From contig OY729431.1 of assembly GCA_963422395.1 (NCBI GenBank), positions 2,144,001-2,208,000 of the forward strand: a stretch of 64,000 nucleotides of DNA, in the 5' to 3' direction. Every line of letters starts with the position of its first letter. The stretch's first letter is position 1. This DNA is from Vicinamibacteria bacterium (lineage in GTDB: Bacteria > Acidobacteriota > Vicinamibacteria > Marinacidobacterales > Marinacidobacteraceae). The notes beneath the pieces were generated by a model, which saw only the letters and a list, made by a program, of their open reading frames with translations, was not told the origin of the DNA and made no database searches. The position numbers and the translations under genes are program-made. Below are positions 1 through 8,824 of the stretch, piece by piece.

Positions 1-332
1 GCTGGGCCGGGATCACCTCGGTGCACCGGGGCCAGTGGGAGGCGGCGCTCTCCACCGGCCTCAGTCGCACCGAAACGCTTCGGCGGGTGGTGCTGCCGCA
101 GGCGCTGCGGCTCACGATTCCACCGCTCACCAACCGGGCGATCGCCACCGGCAAGAACACCGCCCTCGCCTCGGTGGTGGCGGTCCCGGAGGTGTTGCAT
201 CAGGCGGCCAGCGTTCAGGCACAGACCGCGAGTCCGGCGCCGCTGCTGCTCGCCGCCGGCGTCTATGTGGCGCTCTTCCTCCCTCTCGTCCGCTTCGGGC
301 GCTGGCTCGAAAACCGTTCCGGGCCCGGATAA
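1..332 (+). CDS. Polar amino acid ABC transporter permease (5' end outside window)
   Basis: EAA-type loop 'GQWEAALSTGLSRTETLRRVVLPQA' and 'KNTALASVV' typical of HisM/GlnP permeases; the frame is open from the window edge. Confidence 0.85.
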   Translation, partial: WAGITSVHRGQWEAALSTGLSRTETLRRVVLPQALRLTIPPLTNRAIATGKNTALASVVAVPEVLHQAASVQAQTASPAPLLLAAGVYVALFLPLVRFGRWLENRSGPG

Positions 333-339
333 GCCTCCC

Positions 340-1011
340 ATGTCGGAGATCTTCGAGACCTTCCTGAACCCGCGGATCATGGCGGAGAGCGCCGGGCTGC
401 TGTTGCGCGGCCTGCTCGTCACCGTGGAGGCGTGTCTCCTCGTGATCCCGGGCGGTCTCGCATTCGGCACGGTGCTCGCGCTCGCAGGCACGCTCGCCCC
501 CCCGAGGGTTTCTGGACTGCTTTCGTGGGCGGTGGACCTCGTGCGCGCCTTTCCGCCGCTCGTCCTCCTCGTGCTCCTGGTCCACGGACTGCCCTTCCTC
601 GGCATCGAACCCACGCCATTGCTCGGGGTCGGAATCGCCCTCACCATCAACACCGCGGCCTACTACGGGGAGATCCTCCGAGCCGGAGTGCTGAGCATCG
701 ATCCGACCCAGTGGGACGCGGCGCGGTCCACCGGGCTCAGCACGGTCGGGACGCTCCGCTTCGTCGTGCTGCCGCAGGCATTCCGGAATGTGCTTCCCGA
801 TCTCGTCGGCAACACGCTGGAAGCGGTCAAGCTGACTTCGCTGGCGAGCGTGGTGGCGCTGCCCGATCTGCTGCGCATGGCGCGGATCGCTCAGGGAGTC
901 CACTTCAACCCCTCCCCGCTCCTCCTCGCCGCATTGCTGTATCTGCTGCTCCTCTGGCCGCTCGCGCGGCTGGTCCGGCGCCTCGGCGGCCGCGCGGCCC
1001 TTCCCGCCTGA
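340..1011 (+). CDS. Polar amino acid ABC transporter permease
   Basis: ATG at 340 (MSEIFETF); 'AAYYGEILRAG...QWDAARSTGLS...VVLPQAFRNVLP...KLTSLAS' HisM-family signature; several TM segments. Confidence 0.9.
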   Translation: MSEIFETFLNPRIMAESAGLLLRGLLVTVEACLLVIPGGLAFGTVLALAGTLAPPRVSGLLSWAVDLVRAFPPLVLLVLLVHGLPFLGIEPTPLLGVGIALTINTAAYYGEILRAGVLSIDPTQWDAARSTGLSTVGTLRFVVLPQAFRNVLPDLVGNTLEAVKLTSLASVVALPDLLRMARIAQGVHFNPSPLLLAALLYLLLLWPLARLVRRLGGRAALPA

Positions 1012-1028
1012 ATGAGGAACGGTGCCCC

Positions 1029-1240
1029 GGAATCCGAACTCGCTGCCTCCCGAGAGATCGCCGCGACCCCCGTCCGCGGCCGAAAAAAACACAATTGCGA
1101 CCGAGCCTTCGGCTCGGGCGCGGCGCAGCGGGGGAGATGGGTGAAAGGGGGTCCACCCCCTTTCACGAATTCGTGACCCAGAAGCCGAACTGCTTCCGGA
1201 GGCAGCGAGTTCGGATTCCCGGCGCGCAGCGCCGGGCGCT
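1029..1240. repeat. Dispersed copy of the 248-bp multi-hairpin repeat family
   Basis: Contains GTGAAAGGGGG-TCCA-CCCCCTTTCAC (1141-1166), identical to the array core at 60.9-62 kb; 1029-1050 is a perfect 22-bp inverted repeat of 1198-1219; lies between convergent genes. Confidence 0.85.
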
Positions 1241-1312
1241 TCGAGAACGGGGCATCCTCCCTCCTCCCCCGAAAACGCCCGATGCCATCCTGACGCCCCG
1301 TTCCCGGACCGC

Positions 1313-2227
1313 TCAGGACCGTTCCGTGATCAATCGGTAGTGCTCGGGGCGCCGATGGCGGGCGAAATCGAACACATGGCGCTTGAGGTTCGCCCCGAGG
1401 TCCAGATCGCAGTCGAAAATCACGAGCTCGTCGCCCTCACCGGCGGCCTCGGCGACGATCTCTCCGTTCGGGGAGACCACCGCCGATCCGGCGATCAACC
1501 GCTGCCCGTCCTCGATCCCGGCTTTCGCCGCCGCCACCACCCAGGTCGCGTTCTGGTATGCGCCGGCCATGAGGGAGAGCCGATGGTGGAACATCCGGTG
1601 ATGGGGCGCTTCTCGGTGATGGATGTTGACCTCGGGAGTGTTGTAGCCGAGCAGGACCAGCTCGACGCCCTGGAGGCCCAGGACCCGCCAGGTCTCCGGC
1701 CAGCGGCGGTCGTTACAGATGCACATCCCGAGGATCCCGTCGAACGCGCTCCAGACGGGGAACCCGAGGTCGCCGACCTCGAAATAGCGCTTCTCCAAAT
1801 GCTGGAAGGGAACCTCGAAGAGGCGCTCCGAATGGCCGGGCAAGTGGACCTTCCGGTACTTCCCGACGATCTCCCCCGATCCGTCCACCAGGACCGCGGT
1901 GTTGAAATGGCGGCTTCTTCCCTCTTTCTGGACGGTCTCGGCGTACCCGAGATGGAAGCCCACTCCCCGCCGCCGCGCGGCTTCGAAGAGGGGGCCGGTC
2001 TCCGGCCCCGGCATGGCGGTCTCGAAGAAAGGGGCGATCTCCGCCCGGTCTGCGAAGAAGTACCGCGGGAAGAAGGTAGTCAGCGCCAGCTCGGGGAACA
2101 CCACCAGCCGGCAGCCGGCGGCGGCGGCCTGCTCGAACAGATCGAGGAGGCGCGCCACCACCTGCGCCCGCGTCTCTCCCGGCTGGATTCCGCCGAGCTG
2201 GGCGGCAGCCACCCGCAAAACCCGCAT
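1313..2227 (-). CDS. N-carbamoyl-D-amino acid amidohydrolase (nitrilase superfamily)
   Basis: E-K-C triad motifs 'FPELALTTFFPR', 'YRKVHLPGH' and 'MCICNDRRWPE', plus 'QHLEKRYF', characteristic of D-carbamoylases. Confidence 0.9.
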   Translation of the reverse strand: MRVLRVAAAQLGGIQPGETRAQVVARLLDLFEQAAAAGCRLVVFPELALTTFFPRYFFADRAEIAPFFETAMPGPETGPLFEAARRRGVGFHLGYAETVQKEGRSRHFNTAVLVDGSGEIVGKYRKVHLPGHSERLFEVPFQHLEKRYFEVGDLGFPVWSAFDGILGMCICNDRRWPETWRVLGLQGVELVLLGYNTPEVNIHHREAPHHRMFHHRLSLMAGAYQNATWVVAAAKAGIEDGQRLIAGSAVVSPNGEIVAEAAGEGDELVIFDCDLDLGANLKRHVFDFARHRRPEHYRLITERS

Positions 2228-2362
2228 CGCTCACACATTCTAGGGCCGCCCCCGGAGAGAGGGCCGGCTACCCAACCTCCTCCAACTTCCGGCGGCTCAC
2301 GAAGCCATCCCTGGCCTCACCTGGAATCCGAGCACTCGGCGACCCACCTGTTCACGATCTTC

Positions 2363-2511
2363 GGCGCGCCGGGCGGTTCGGGAGCGGGGCGTCCCACTCC
2401 TCCCACGAGGGTGCGAAACGCAACCCGACACGTCCCGCTCAAAAGCGATTTCGCCTCTCCCGTGGCCTGAAAAATACCTGTTGCGACCGAGCCTCCGGCT
2501 CGGGCGCGGCG
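2363..2511. repeat. Partial dispersed copy of the 248-bp repeat family
   Basis: 'gccgggcggttcgggagcggggcgtcccactcctcccacgaggg' and 'gaaaaatacctgttgcgaccgagcctccggctcgggcgcggc' match the array units. Confidence 0.75.
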
Positions 2512-2525
2512 TTCATAATCCGGAG

Positions 2526-4223
2526 ATGCGTTCTCCCTTCGCCTCGTTTTCGGCACTGATCCTGCTCGGGCTGCTCCTCTCCGGCTGCAGTTCGCCAACA
2601 GAGCCGCCGCACCGTCCCAACATCCTAGTCATCGTCGCCGACGATCTGGGCTACACCGACATCGGCGCCTTCGGCGGCGAGATCCGGACCCCGAATCTGG
2701 ACGAACTCGCCTCCTCCGGATTGCGATTCACCAGCTTCTACACCGCCTCGACCTGTTCCCCCACCCGGGCGATGTTGCTTTCGGGAGTGGATCACCATCT
2801 CGCCGGGCTCGGCGGAATGGCGAGCATCATGGGGGACGACCTCGAAGGGAGGGTCGGCTATGAAGGGTTCCTCAACGAACATGTCTTCCACCTCCCCGCC
2901 GTGCTCCGGGACGCGGGCTACCACACCTCGATCGCCGGAAAGTGGCATCTCGGGCAGGCGGAGGAACAGAGCCCTCCGGCCCGCGGCTTCGACCGGTCCT
3001 TCGTCCTGCTCACCGGGGCCGCCAGCCACTTCGAAGACGCTGCTCCCGTGGACACTCTCGACGAGATCCGCTACCGGCGGGACGGCGAGCTCGTGGAGGC
3101 GCTCCCCGAGGGGTTCTACTCGACGCGGGCCTACACGGACGAGCTGATCGCATACTTCGGGGAGGCCCGCGATCTCGAAAAACCCTTCTTCGCCCTCGCC
3201 ACCTACACCGCTCCCCACTGGCCTCTCCAGGTTCCCGACGAGTACCTCGACCTCTACCGAGGAGCCTACGACGACGGCTGGGAGGTGCTGTCCCGCCGAC
3301 GGATGGAGGGCGCACGGCGCGCCGGCGTGATTCCGCCCGAGACGCCCGACCCGCCGCTCCCGGCCTATGCACGGGATTGGGACGATCTGACCGACAGCGA
3401 ACGCCGCGTCGAGGCGCGGAAGATGGAGCTCTACGCGGCGATGGTGGAACGGCTCGACCACCATGTGGGGCGGCTGATCGATACTCTCCGGGAGAACGGC
3501 GCGTTGGCGAACACTCTGGTCCTCTTCTTCTCCGACAACGGCGCATCGGGCGCAGAGGTGAGCGATCTCGCCGACAACCGCACCTTCCTGCCCGCGCGTT
3601 TCGACCTCTCGTACGAGGCGATGGGGCGCAGGAACTCGTTCGTCTACTACGGCCCCGAGTGGGCGAGCGCAGCGAGCGGCCCCTATCGCTACTTCAAGCA
3701 GTTCGTCCACGAAGGCGGGATCCGCGTCCCGGGGTTCGCCGTGGTTCCCGAGCGCCTCAGCGAGCACCTGCCGGGGGCGGTGAGCGGTGCCTTCGTTCAG
3801 GTCACCGACCTGTTCCCGACCTTTCTGGAGTTCGCCGGCGCCGCGGTTCCGGATGCCGGTGCCGGAAAGATCCCGCCGATCGGAAAGTCCATCGTCCCGC
3901 TCCTCCTGGGCGAGACAGAGACCGTCCACGAAGATCCCGCCGCCGGTTGGGAGCTCTTCGGCCGCCGCGCCATCCGCCGGGGACCGTGGAAGGCCACCTG
4001 GCTCGCTCCCCCCCTGGGGAGGCGGGAATGGAAGCTCGCGAACCTCGACGAAGATCCGGGAGAACTGCACGACCTCGCCGACGAGCACCCGGAGATCCTG
4101 CGCGAGCTGCTCGCCGACTGGGATCGCTATGTGGAGGAGAACGGGGTGATCGTCACCGACGACGACCGCGCTTTCGGAACTCCGGTGGTGCGGCCCGAGA
4201 ACCGGACGCCGGGGGTCGAATAG
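2526..4223 (+). CDS. Arylsulfatase, probable lipoprotein (AtsA-like)
   Basis: 'PNILVIVADDLG', formylglycine motif CSPTR, 'GKWHLG'; lipobox LSGC after a hydrophobic N-terminus. Confidence 0.9.
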   Translation: MRSPFASFSALILLGLLLSGCSSPTEPPHRPNILVIVADDLGYTDIGAFGGEIRTPNLDELASSGLRFTSFYTASTCSPTRAMLLSGVDHHLAGLGGMASIMGDDLEGRVGYEGFLNEHVFHLPAVLRDAGYHTSIAGKWHLGQAEEQSPPARGFDRSFVLLTGAASHFEDAAPVDTLDEIRYRRDGELVEALPEGFYSTRAYTDELIAYFGEARDLEKPFFALATYTAPHWPLQVPDEYLDLYRGAYDDGWEVLSRRRMEGARRAGVIPPETPDPPLPAYARDWDDLTDSERRVEARKMELYAAMVERLDHHVGRLIDTLRENGALANTLVLFFSDNGASGAEVSDLADNRTFLPARFDLSYEAMGRRNSFVYYGPEWASAASGPYRYFKQFVHEGGIRVPGFAVVPERLSEHLPGAVSGAFVQVTDLFPTFLEFAGAAVPDAGAGKIPPIGKSIVPLLLGETETVHEDPAAGWELFGRRAIRRGPWKATWLAPPLGRREWKLANLDEDPGELHDLADEHPEILRELLADWDRYVEENGVIVTDDDRAFGTPVVRPENRTPGVE

Positions 4224-4247
4224 CCGAAGCGGGGATCCGGGAATCCG

Positions 4248-5717
4248 TCAGGCGAGGAAGTCTTTCGCCCCGAAGCGGCGGGCGAGAGCGACGGCCCGAG
4301 AGGGGCGGCCCCGGGGGGCGGCCGCCGCGGGGCGTTCCCGCGGCAGGAAGCGCCCGCTGCCGGGCCGGGCGATCGGCTCGCCGCCCTCGACCACGACCTC
4401 GCCCCGGCGGATCACGGTCTCGGGGAACCCCCGGATCTCGCGTCCCTCGTACGGGGTGTACCCCACCCGGTCGTGGAGGTCGCCCCAGCGCACGGTGAAC
4501 ACCCGGTCGGGATCCCACACGACCAGGTCCGCGTCGCTTCCGGGCTGGATGGTTCCCTTGCGCGGGTAGAGGCCGAACAGGCGAGCGGGCGCTTCGCAGC
4601 CCACCTCGACGAGGCGGGCGAGCGAGATCCTTCCCTTGCCCACTCCCTCCGAAAAGAGCAGCGGCATCCGCAGTTCCACCCCGGGAACACCGTTACAGAT
4701 CTTCGGAAAGGGCGGCTCCGGACCCGCCGCGAGCTTGCCTTCGTCGTCGAAACTGTAGGGAGCGTGGTCCGAACTCACCACCTCGAAGACTCCCTCCGCG
4801 ATCCCGTTCCAGAGCGCCTGCTGGGATTCCCGGTCTCGGGGTGCGGGGCTGCAGCAGAACTTCGCTCCCTCCATGCCCGGACGATCGAGATCCTCCGCGG
4901 TGAGGAGGAGGTACTGCGGACAGGTCTCGGCGAACACCTTGAGCCCGCGCCGGCGGGCGGCGGCGATCTCGGCGGCGGCTTCCTTCGAGGAGACATGAAC
5001 CACATAGACCGGGGCGTCCACCAGCTCGGCGAGCCCGATCGCGCGCGCCGTCGCCTCGCTCTCGGCGAGCTCCGGATGACCGGGGGCGTGGAACTTCGGG
5101 GCCGCGTGGCCGGCCTCGACGAGGCGGGAAGAGATCCAGCCGATCATGTCGTGGTTCTCGGCGTGGACCATGGTGAGCGCTCTCATCCGCCGGGCCGCCT
5201 CCAGCACCTCGAGGAACTGCCAGTCGTCGAGGCGCACGAGGTCGTAGGTCATGTAGATCTTGAACGAGGAGACCCCCTCCTCCACGAGTGCCGGAATCTC
5301 GGCCGCCAACGCTTCGGGCGTCGGATCGGAGACGATCAGGTGGAAGCCGTAGTCCACGACGGCCTTGGGGCCCGCTGCCCGATGGTACGCCTCGACCACC
5401 GCGCGCGGCGATTCTCCCCGACCCTGCACCGCGAACGAAAGCACGGTCGTCGTCCCCCCGCAGGCGGCGGAAACGGTTCCCGACTCGAAATCGTCGGCGC
5501 ACATCAGCCCCATCGAGGACCGCTGCTCGATGTGGGTGTGCGCATCCACCCCTCCGGGCAGCACGAGCCGGCCCTTTGCGGAAACCTCCTCCCGACCCGG
5601 CCCGAGCCGGGGACCCACCGCACGAACCACTCCGTCCGCGATCCCGATATCGGCGGAGCTGCAGCCGGCAGCAGTGACCACGGTTCCGCCCCGCACGACG
5701 AGATCGAAGGCAGCCAT
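4248..5717 (-). CDS. hydA: Dihydropyrimidinase / D-hydantoinase
   Basis: 'PGGVDAHTH', 'SFKIYMTY', 'VHAEN', 'ETCPQYL', 'SSDHAP' cyclic amidohydrolase motifs; start at MAAFDLVVRGG. Confidence 0.9.
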   Translation of the reverse strand: MAAFDLVVRGGTVVTAAGCSSADIGIADGVVRAVGPRLGPGREEVSAKGRLVLPGGVDAHTHIEQRSSMGLMCADDFESGTVSAACGGTTTVLSFAVQGRGESPRAVVEAYHRAAGPKAVVDYGFHLIVSDPTPEALAAEIPALVEEGVSSFKIYMTYDLVRLDDWQFLEVLEAARRMRALTMVHAENHDMIGWISSRLVEAGHAAPKFHAPGHPELAESEATARAIGLAELVDAPVYVVHVSSKEAAAEIAAARRRGLKVFAETCPQYLLLTAEDLDRPGMEGAKFCCSPAPRDRESQQALWNGIAEGVFEVVSSDHAPYSFDDEGKLAAGPEPPFPKICNGVPGVELRMPLLFSEGVGKGRISLARLVEVGCEAPARLFGLYPRKGTIQPGSDADLVVWDPDRVFTVRWGDLHDRVGYTPYEGREIRGFPETVIRRGEVVVEGGEPIARPGSGRFLPRERPAAAAPRGRPSRAVALARRFGAKDFLA

Positions 5718-5762
5718 CGGAGTCGGTGTCGATTCTAAGGGAGGCACTACGAGATCATCTAT

Positions 5763-5900
5763 ATGTCTGGTCAGCCTCCTCCCTTCGTACACCGCGACCC
5801 TTTCGATCGCGGGCTGGGATCGCAGACCATCCTGGGCGGAATGACCATCGTGACCCCCGACGATGCCTTCGCCCGTTACCCGGCCCCGCTCCTCTGGTAG
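5763..5900 (+). pseudogene. Relic C-terminal fragment of a PIN-domain (VapC-like) toxin
   Basis: Manual translation MSGQPPPFVHRDPFDRGLGSQTILGGMTIVTPDDAFARYPAPLLW* resembles the PIN C-terminal consensus HxDPFDRxLxxQ...T.D..F..Y....W; the N-terminal two-thirds is missing. Confidence 0.65.
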
Positions 5901-5922
5901 CGGAACGCCGATCCTCAGCGAT

Positions 5923-6411
5923 TCAATCCGGGGAAATCGTCCCGAACAGGAAGCCGCCGACCTCTCCATGGTTCCAGGTACCGGCATAGCGATCCCCGTC
6001 GAAGAGGATCGTCGCGCCGAATCCGCTGCCGAGCCCGGGGATCTCGGCGTCCACCAACCGGATCATCGGCACCTCTCCGGCCCAGAGAACGGGAACCACC
6101 ACCGGTAGCGTCACATCCACCCCGCCGTAAGTGATCCGGGCGTCGAAACGCCAGCGGCCCCCGTCGAGCTTGGTGACCGCGGCGATCTCGTAGCGATCTG
6201 CCGCGCTGCCCTCCCGCGGCTCCGGCCAGGCGACCGTGAACCGGCCTTCGAGCACGGCATCGCGCATCCGATCCACGAAACGCCGCTCCCGCTCTTCGAG
6301 AGAGGCGGCCGGAACGGTCCGGCCGATCCCGATCGCGGATGCGAGCCAGCCGGCTCCCCAAGCAGCGGCGAGCAGCACTGCGAGCGCCGCGATCTTCAGA
6401 ACTCTTCGCAT
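5923..6411 (-). CDS. Conserved hypothetical exported protein
   Basis: Signal-like N-terminus MRRVLKIAALAVLLAAAW; beta-rich body ending 'YAGTWNHGEVGGFLFGTI'. Confidence 0.65.
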   Translation of the reverse strand: MRRVLKIAALAVLLAAAWGAGWLASAIGIGRTVPAASLEERERRFVDRMRDAVLEGRFTVAWPEPREGSAADRYEIAAVTKLDGGRWRFDARITYGGVDVTLPVVVPVLWAGEVPMIRLVDAEIPGLGSGFGATILFDGDRYAGTWNHGEVGGFLFGTISPD

Positions 6412-6481
6412 GGAGGGCCTCCCGAACCGGATCTCACCGTAGCACTTCGGAGGCGGCAGATACCGGTATCCTGATTCCGAC

Positions 6482-7852
6482 ATGGACCGCCGATCCGCGA
6501 CCACCGAGACGCTCCTGCGCCAGCCCTCCCCCGCCGAGCGGGAGGAAGCGGCCGCTTACCTGCGGCAGGCCGAACGGGAGGCGGCGCAGCCTGGGCGGCT
6601 TCCCGCCGGGACGAGCGGTCGAGCGGTCGAGTCCGCCGGCATCGTCGGCTTCGGAACGATGGGTCGGGGGATCGCGCTCTCCTTCGCGGCGGCCGGAATC
6701 CCGACGACCGTCTTCGAGGAATCGGAGGGTGCCTTCCGGCGTGGAGAGACGGCTCTTGCCGAGAGCCTCGCGCGCGCGGTGGCCCGAGGGCGGATCGAAG
6801 CCGGAGAGGCGGAGCAGCGCCAGCGGCGGATCCGCCGCGCCTCCCGTTTCGAAGAGCTCGGGGAGGCCGATTTCCTCGTGGAGGCGGTGTTCGAGGACCT
6901 GGCCCTGAAGGAGAACATCTTCGCCCGACTGGACCGGACCGCGAAGCCGGAGACGACCCTCGCGACGAACACTTCCTCGCTCGATGTGAACCGGATCGCA
7001 GCGGCTACTCGCCGCCCGCAGGCGGTTCTCGGCACCCATTTCTTCAGCCCGGCCCATGTCATGCGGCTCCTCGAAGTCGTCGTCGGGGAGAAGACTTCGA
7101 AGGACACCCTCGCTACCGCGATGGCTCTCGCCCGGCGTCTCGGCAAGGCGCCGGTGGCCGTCGGGGTCTCGGACGGCTTCGTGGGCAACCGGATGCTGTA
7201 CGCCTATCGGCGGCAGGCGGACCGGCTGCTGCTCGAGGGCGCGGCGGTGGAACGAGTGGACGGAGCGCTGCGCGAGTTCGGGTTCCGGATGGGGCCCTTC
7301 GAGACGGCCGATCTCGCGGGGCTCGACATCGGCCGAGCCGTCCGGCAACGCCAGGCCCGGGAAGCGGCGGATCGGGGAGAGCCGGCGCCGACGCCCACGG
7401 TGGCCGATCGACTCGCCGCCCGGGGCCGCCTCGGGCAGAAGACCGGGCGCGGTTTCTACCGCTATGAACCCGGGGACCGAACCGCGCGTCCCGACCCGGA
7501 GACCGCAGCAGCGGCCCGCCGGGAAGCGGCGGCGCAGGGGATCAGCCGCCGGTCGGTAGGTGTAGAGGAGATCCTCGAACGGTGTGTCTATGCGCTGGTG
7601 GACGAAGGGCTCCGGATCCTGGACGAAGGCGTCGCCGAACGGGCGGGCGATGTGGATGTGGTCTGGACTCTCGGCTACGGCTTCCCCCGGGAGCGGGGCG
7701 GCCCGCTCCACTGGGCAGAACGGGCGGTCGGCTTTCCGAGGATCGCGAAGACGCTCGCCGCCCATGCCCGGAGAATCCCCGACCCGGCACTCGAACCCTC
7801 GGCGGAGCTCATTCGCCGGGCTCGGGCGGTTCGGTTCGTGAAAGGGGCGTGA
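6482..7852 (+). CDS. 3-hydroxyacyl-CoA dehydrogenase (NAD-binding plus two C-terminal domains)
   Basis: GxGxxG 'VGFGTMGRGIA', 'EAVFEDLALK', 'ATNTSSL', 'GTHFFSPAHVM', 'GFVGNRML', 'GQKTGRGFY'. Confidence 0.9.
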   Translation: MDRRSATTETLLRQPSPAEREEAAAYLRQAEREAAQPGRLPAGTSGRAVESAGIVGFGTMGRGIALSFAAAGIPTTVFEESEGAFRRGETALAESLARAVARGRIEAGEAEQRQRRIRRASRFEELGEADFLVEAVFEDLALKENIFARLDRTAKPETTLATNTSSLDVNRIAAATRRPQAVLGTHFFSPAHVMRLLEVVVGEKTSKDTLATAMALARRLGKAPVAVGVSDGFVGNRMLYAYRRQADRLLLEGAAVERVDGALREFGFRMGPFETADLAGLDIGRAVRQRQAREAADRGEPAPTPTVADRLAARGRLGQKTGRGFYRYEPGDRTARPDPETAAAARREAAAQGISRRSVGVEEILERCVYALVDEGLRILDEGVAERAGDVDVVWTLGYGFPRERGGPLHWAERAVGFPRIAKTLAAHARRIPDPALEPSAELIRRARAVRFVKGA

Positions 7853-7892
7853 TGCCGTGTTGCGCCTCGCTCCCTCGGGGGAAGAGGGAGAA

Positions 7893-7949
7893 CGCCCCGC
7901 CCCCGAACCGCCCGGCGCTGCGCGCGGGAATCCGAACTGCTGCTGGCAG
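7893..7949 (-). repeat. Short inverted-orientation fragment of the 248-bp repeat family
   Basis: 'gccccgcccccgaaccgcccggcgctgcgcgcgggaatccgaactgctgc' is the reverse complement of part of the array unit; lies between convergent genes. Confidence 0.75.
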
Positions 7950-7984
7950 TCTGTGGATGAAGTGGCGAGAGACCTGACGGCAGT

Positions 7985-8824
7985 TCAGGGAGCGGGGGAG
8001 AGGAAATTGGCCAGTGTCCACCAATTCGCAGTGATCCGCTCGCCGCCCGAAGCTGCTCCGATCCCGTAGGCCATGACGAGATCGTAGATCGCGCCGCCGT
8101 GCCCCGCGACTGCGGCGGAGAGGAAGATGGCGGGTTCCCCTTCATCCAGGATCACGCAGCGGCCGATCTGTCTGGCCGCCGACCAGAGGCTGGCGGCGCG
8201 GGGGAGGTTGCCGTCGAGCACGGCCTCCACGATGGGGGCGAGATCCTCGGGAGCACCGCAACCGACAGCGTTCGGCACTCCGGGAAGCTCGAAGGAGGAT
8301 CCGGTCGGGACCGGATCGAAGACCACTGGATCTCCGGGGGCGTAGTGCGCGAATACGCGGTGCTCGGGAAGGGGCAGCAGTTCCGGCACGTTCGGGTCGA
8401 GATCCGCTCCGCCCACGCGAAGGCTGGCGCCCGGGGAAAACGACAGCTCCCCGGCCGGGATGCCAACGCCGTCGCCGTCGTAGTCGCCGCGGCGGACCCG
8501 GTAACGGAACTCGAGCCTCTCTCCACTGATATCCATCAGCTTCGCTGGTTCGCGGGCGAGCCCCAGATCGAAGATCAGAAAGACATCGCCGGCCGCCTCG
8601 ACCGGCGCGCCGCTGGTGAGCCAGACTCCGAATCGAAGTTCCTCACCGGCGAGGTAGGTCTCGCCCGCCGCCGGCGTCGAGACGATCCCGACCCGATCCA
8701 CCTGCACGGTTCCCCGATCGGGAGTCTCGGGGTTCGCCGGACCCCCATCCCCGCCTCCACAGGAGCAAACGCCGAGAGCCCCGGACAGCAGCGCGCCGCC
8801 GGTGCTGAGGACCCGCCGGCTCAT
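7985..8824 (-). CDS. Hypothetical lipoprotein with an Ig-like surface-protein module
   Basis: Lipobox-like 'VCSC'; segment 'TYLAGEEL...LEFRYRVRRGDYDGDGV' resembles repeats of large surface proteins; 4-bp overlap with the upstream symporter. Confidence 0.55.
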   Translation of the reverse strand: MSRRVLSTGGALLSGALGVCSCGGGDGGPANPETPDRGTVQVDRVGIVSTPAAGETYLAGEELRFGVWLTSGAPVEAAGDVFLIFDLGLAREPAKLMDISGERLEFRYRVRRGDYDGDGVGIPAGELSFSPGASLRVGGADLDPNVPELLPLPEHRVFAHYAPGDPVVFDPVPTGSSFELPGVPNAVGCGAPEDLAPIVEAVLDGNLPRAASLWSAARQIGRCVILDEGEPAIFLSAAVAGHGGAIYDLVMAYGIGAASGGERITANWWTLANFLSPAP

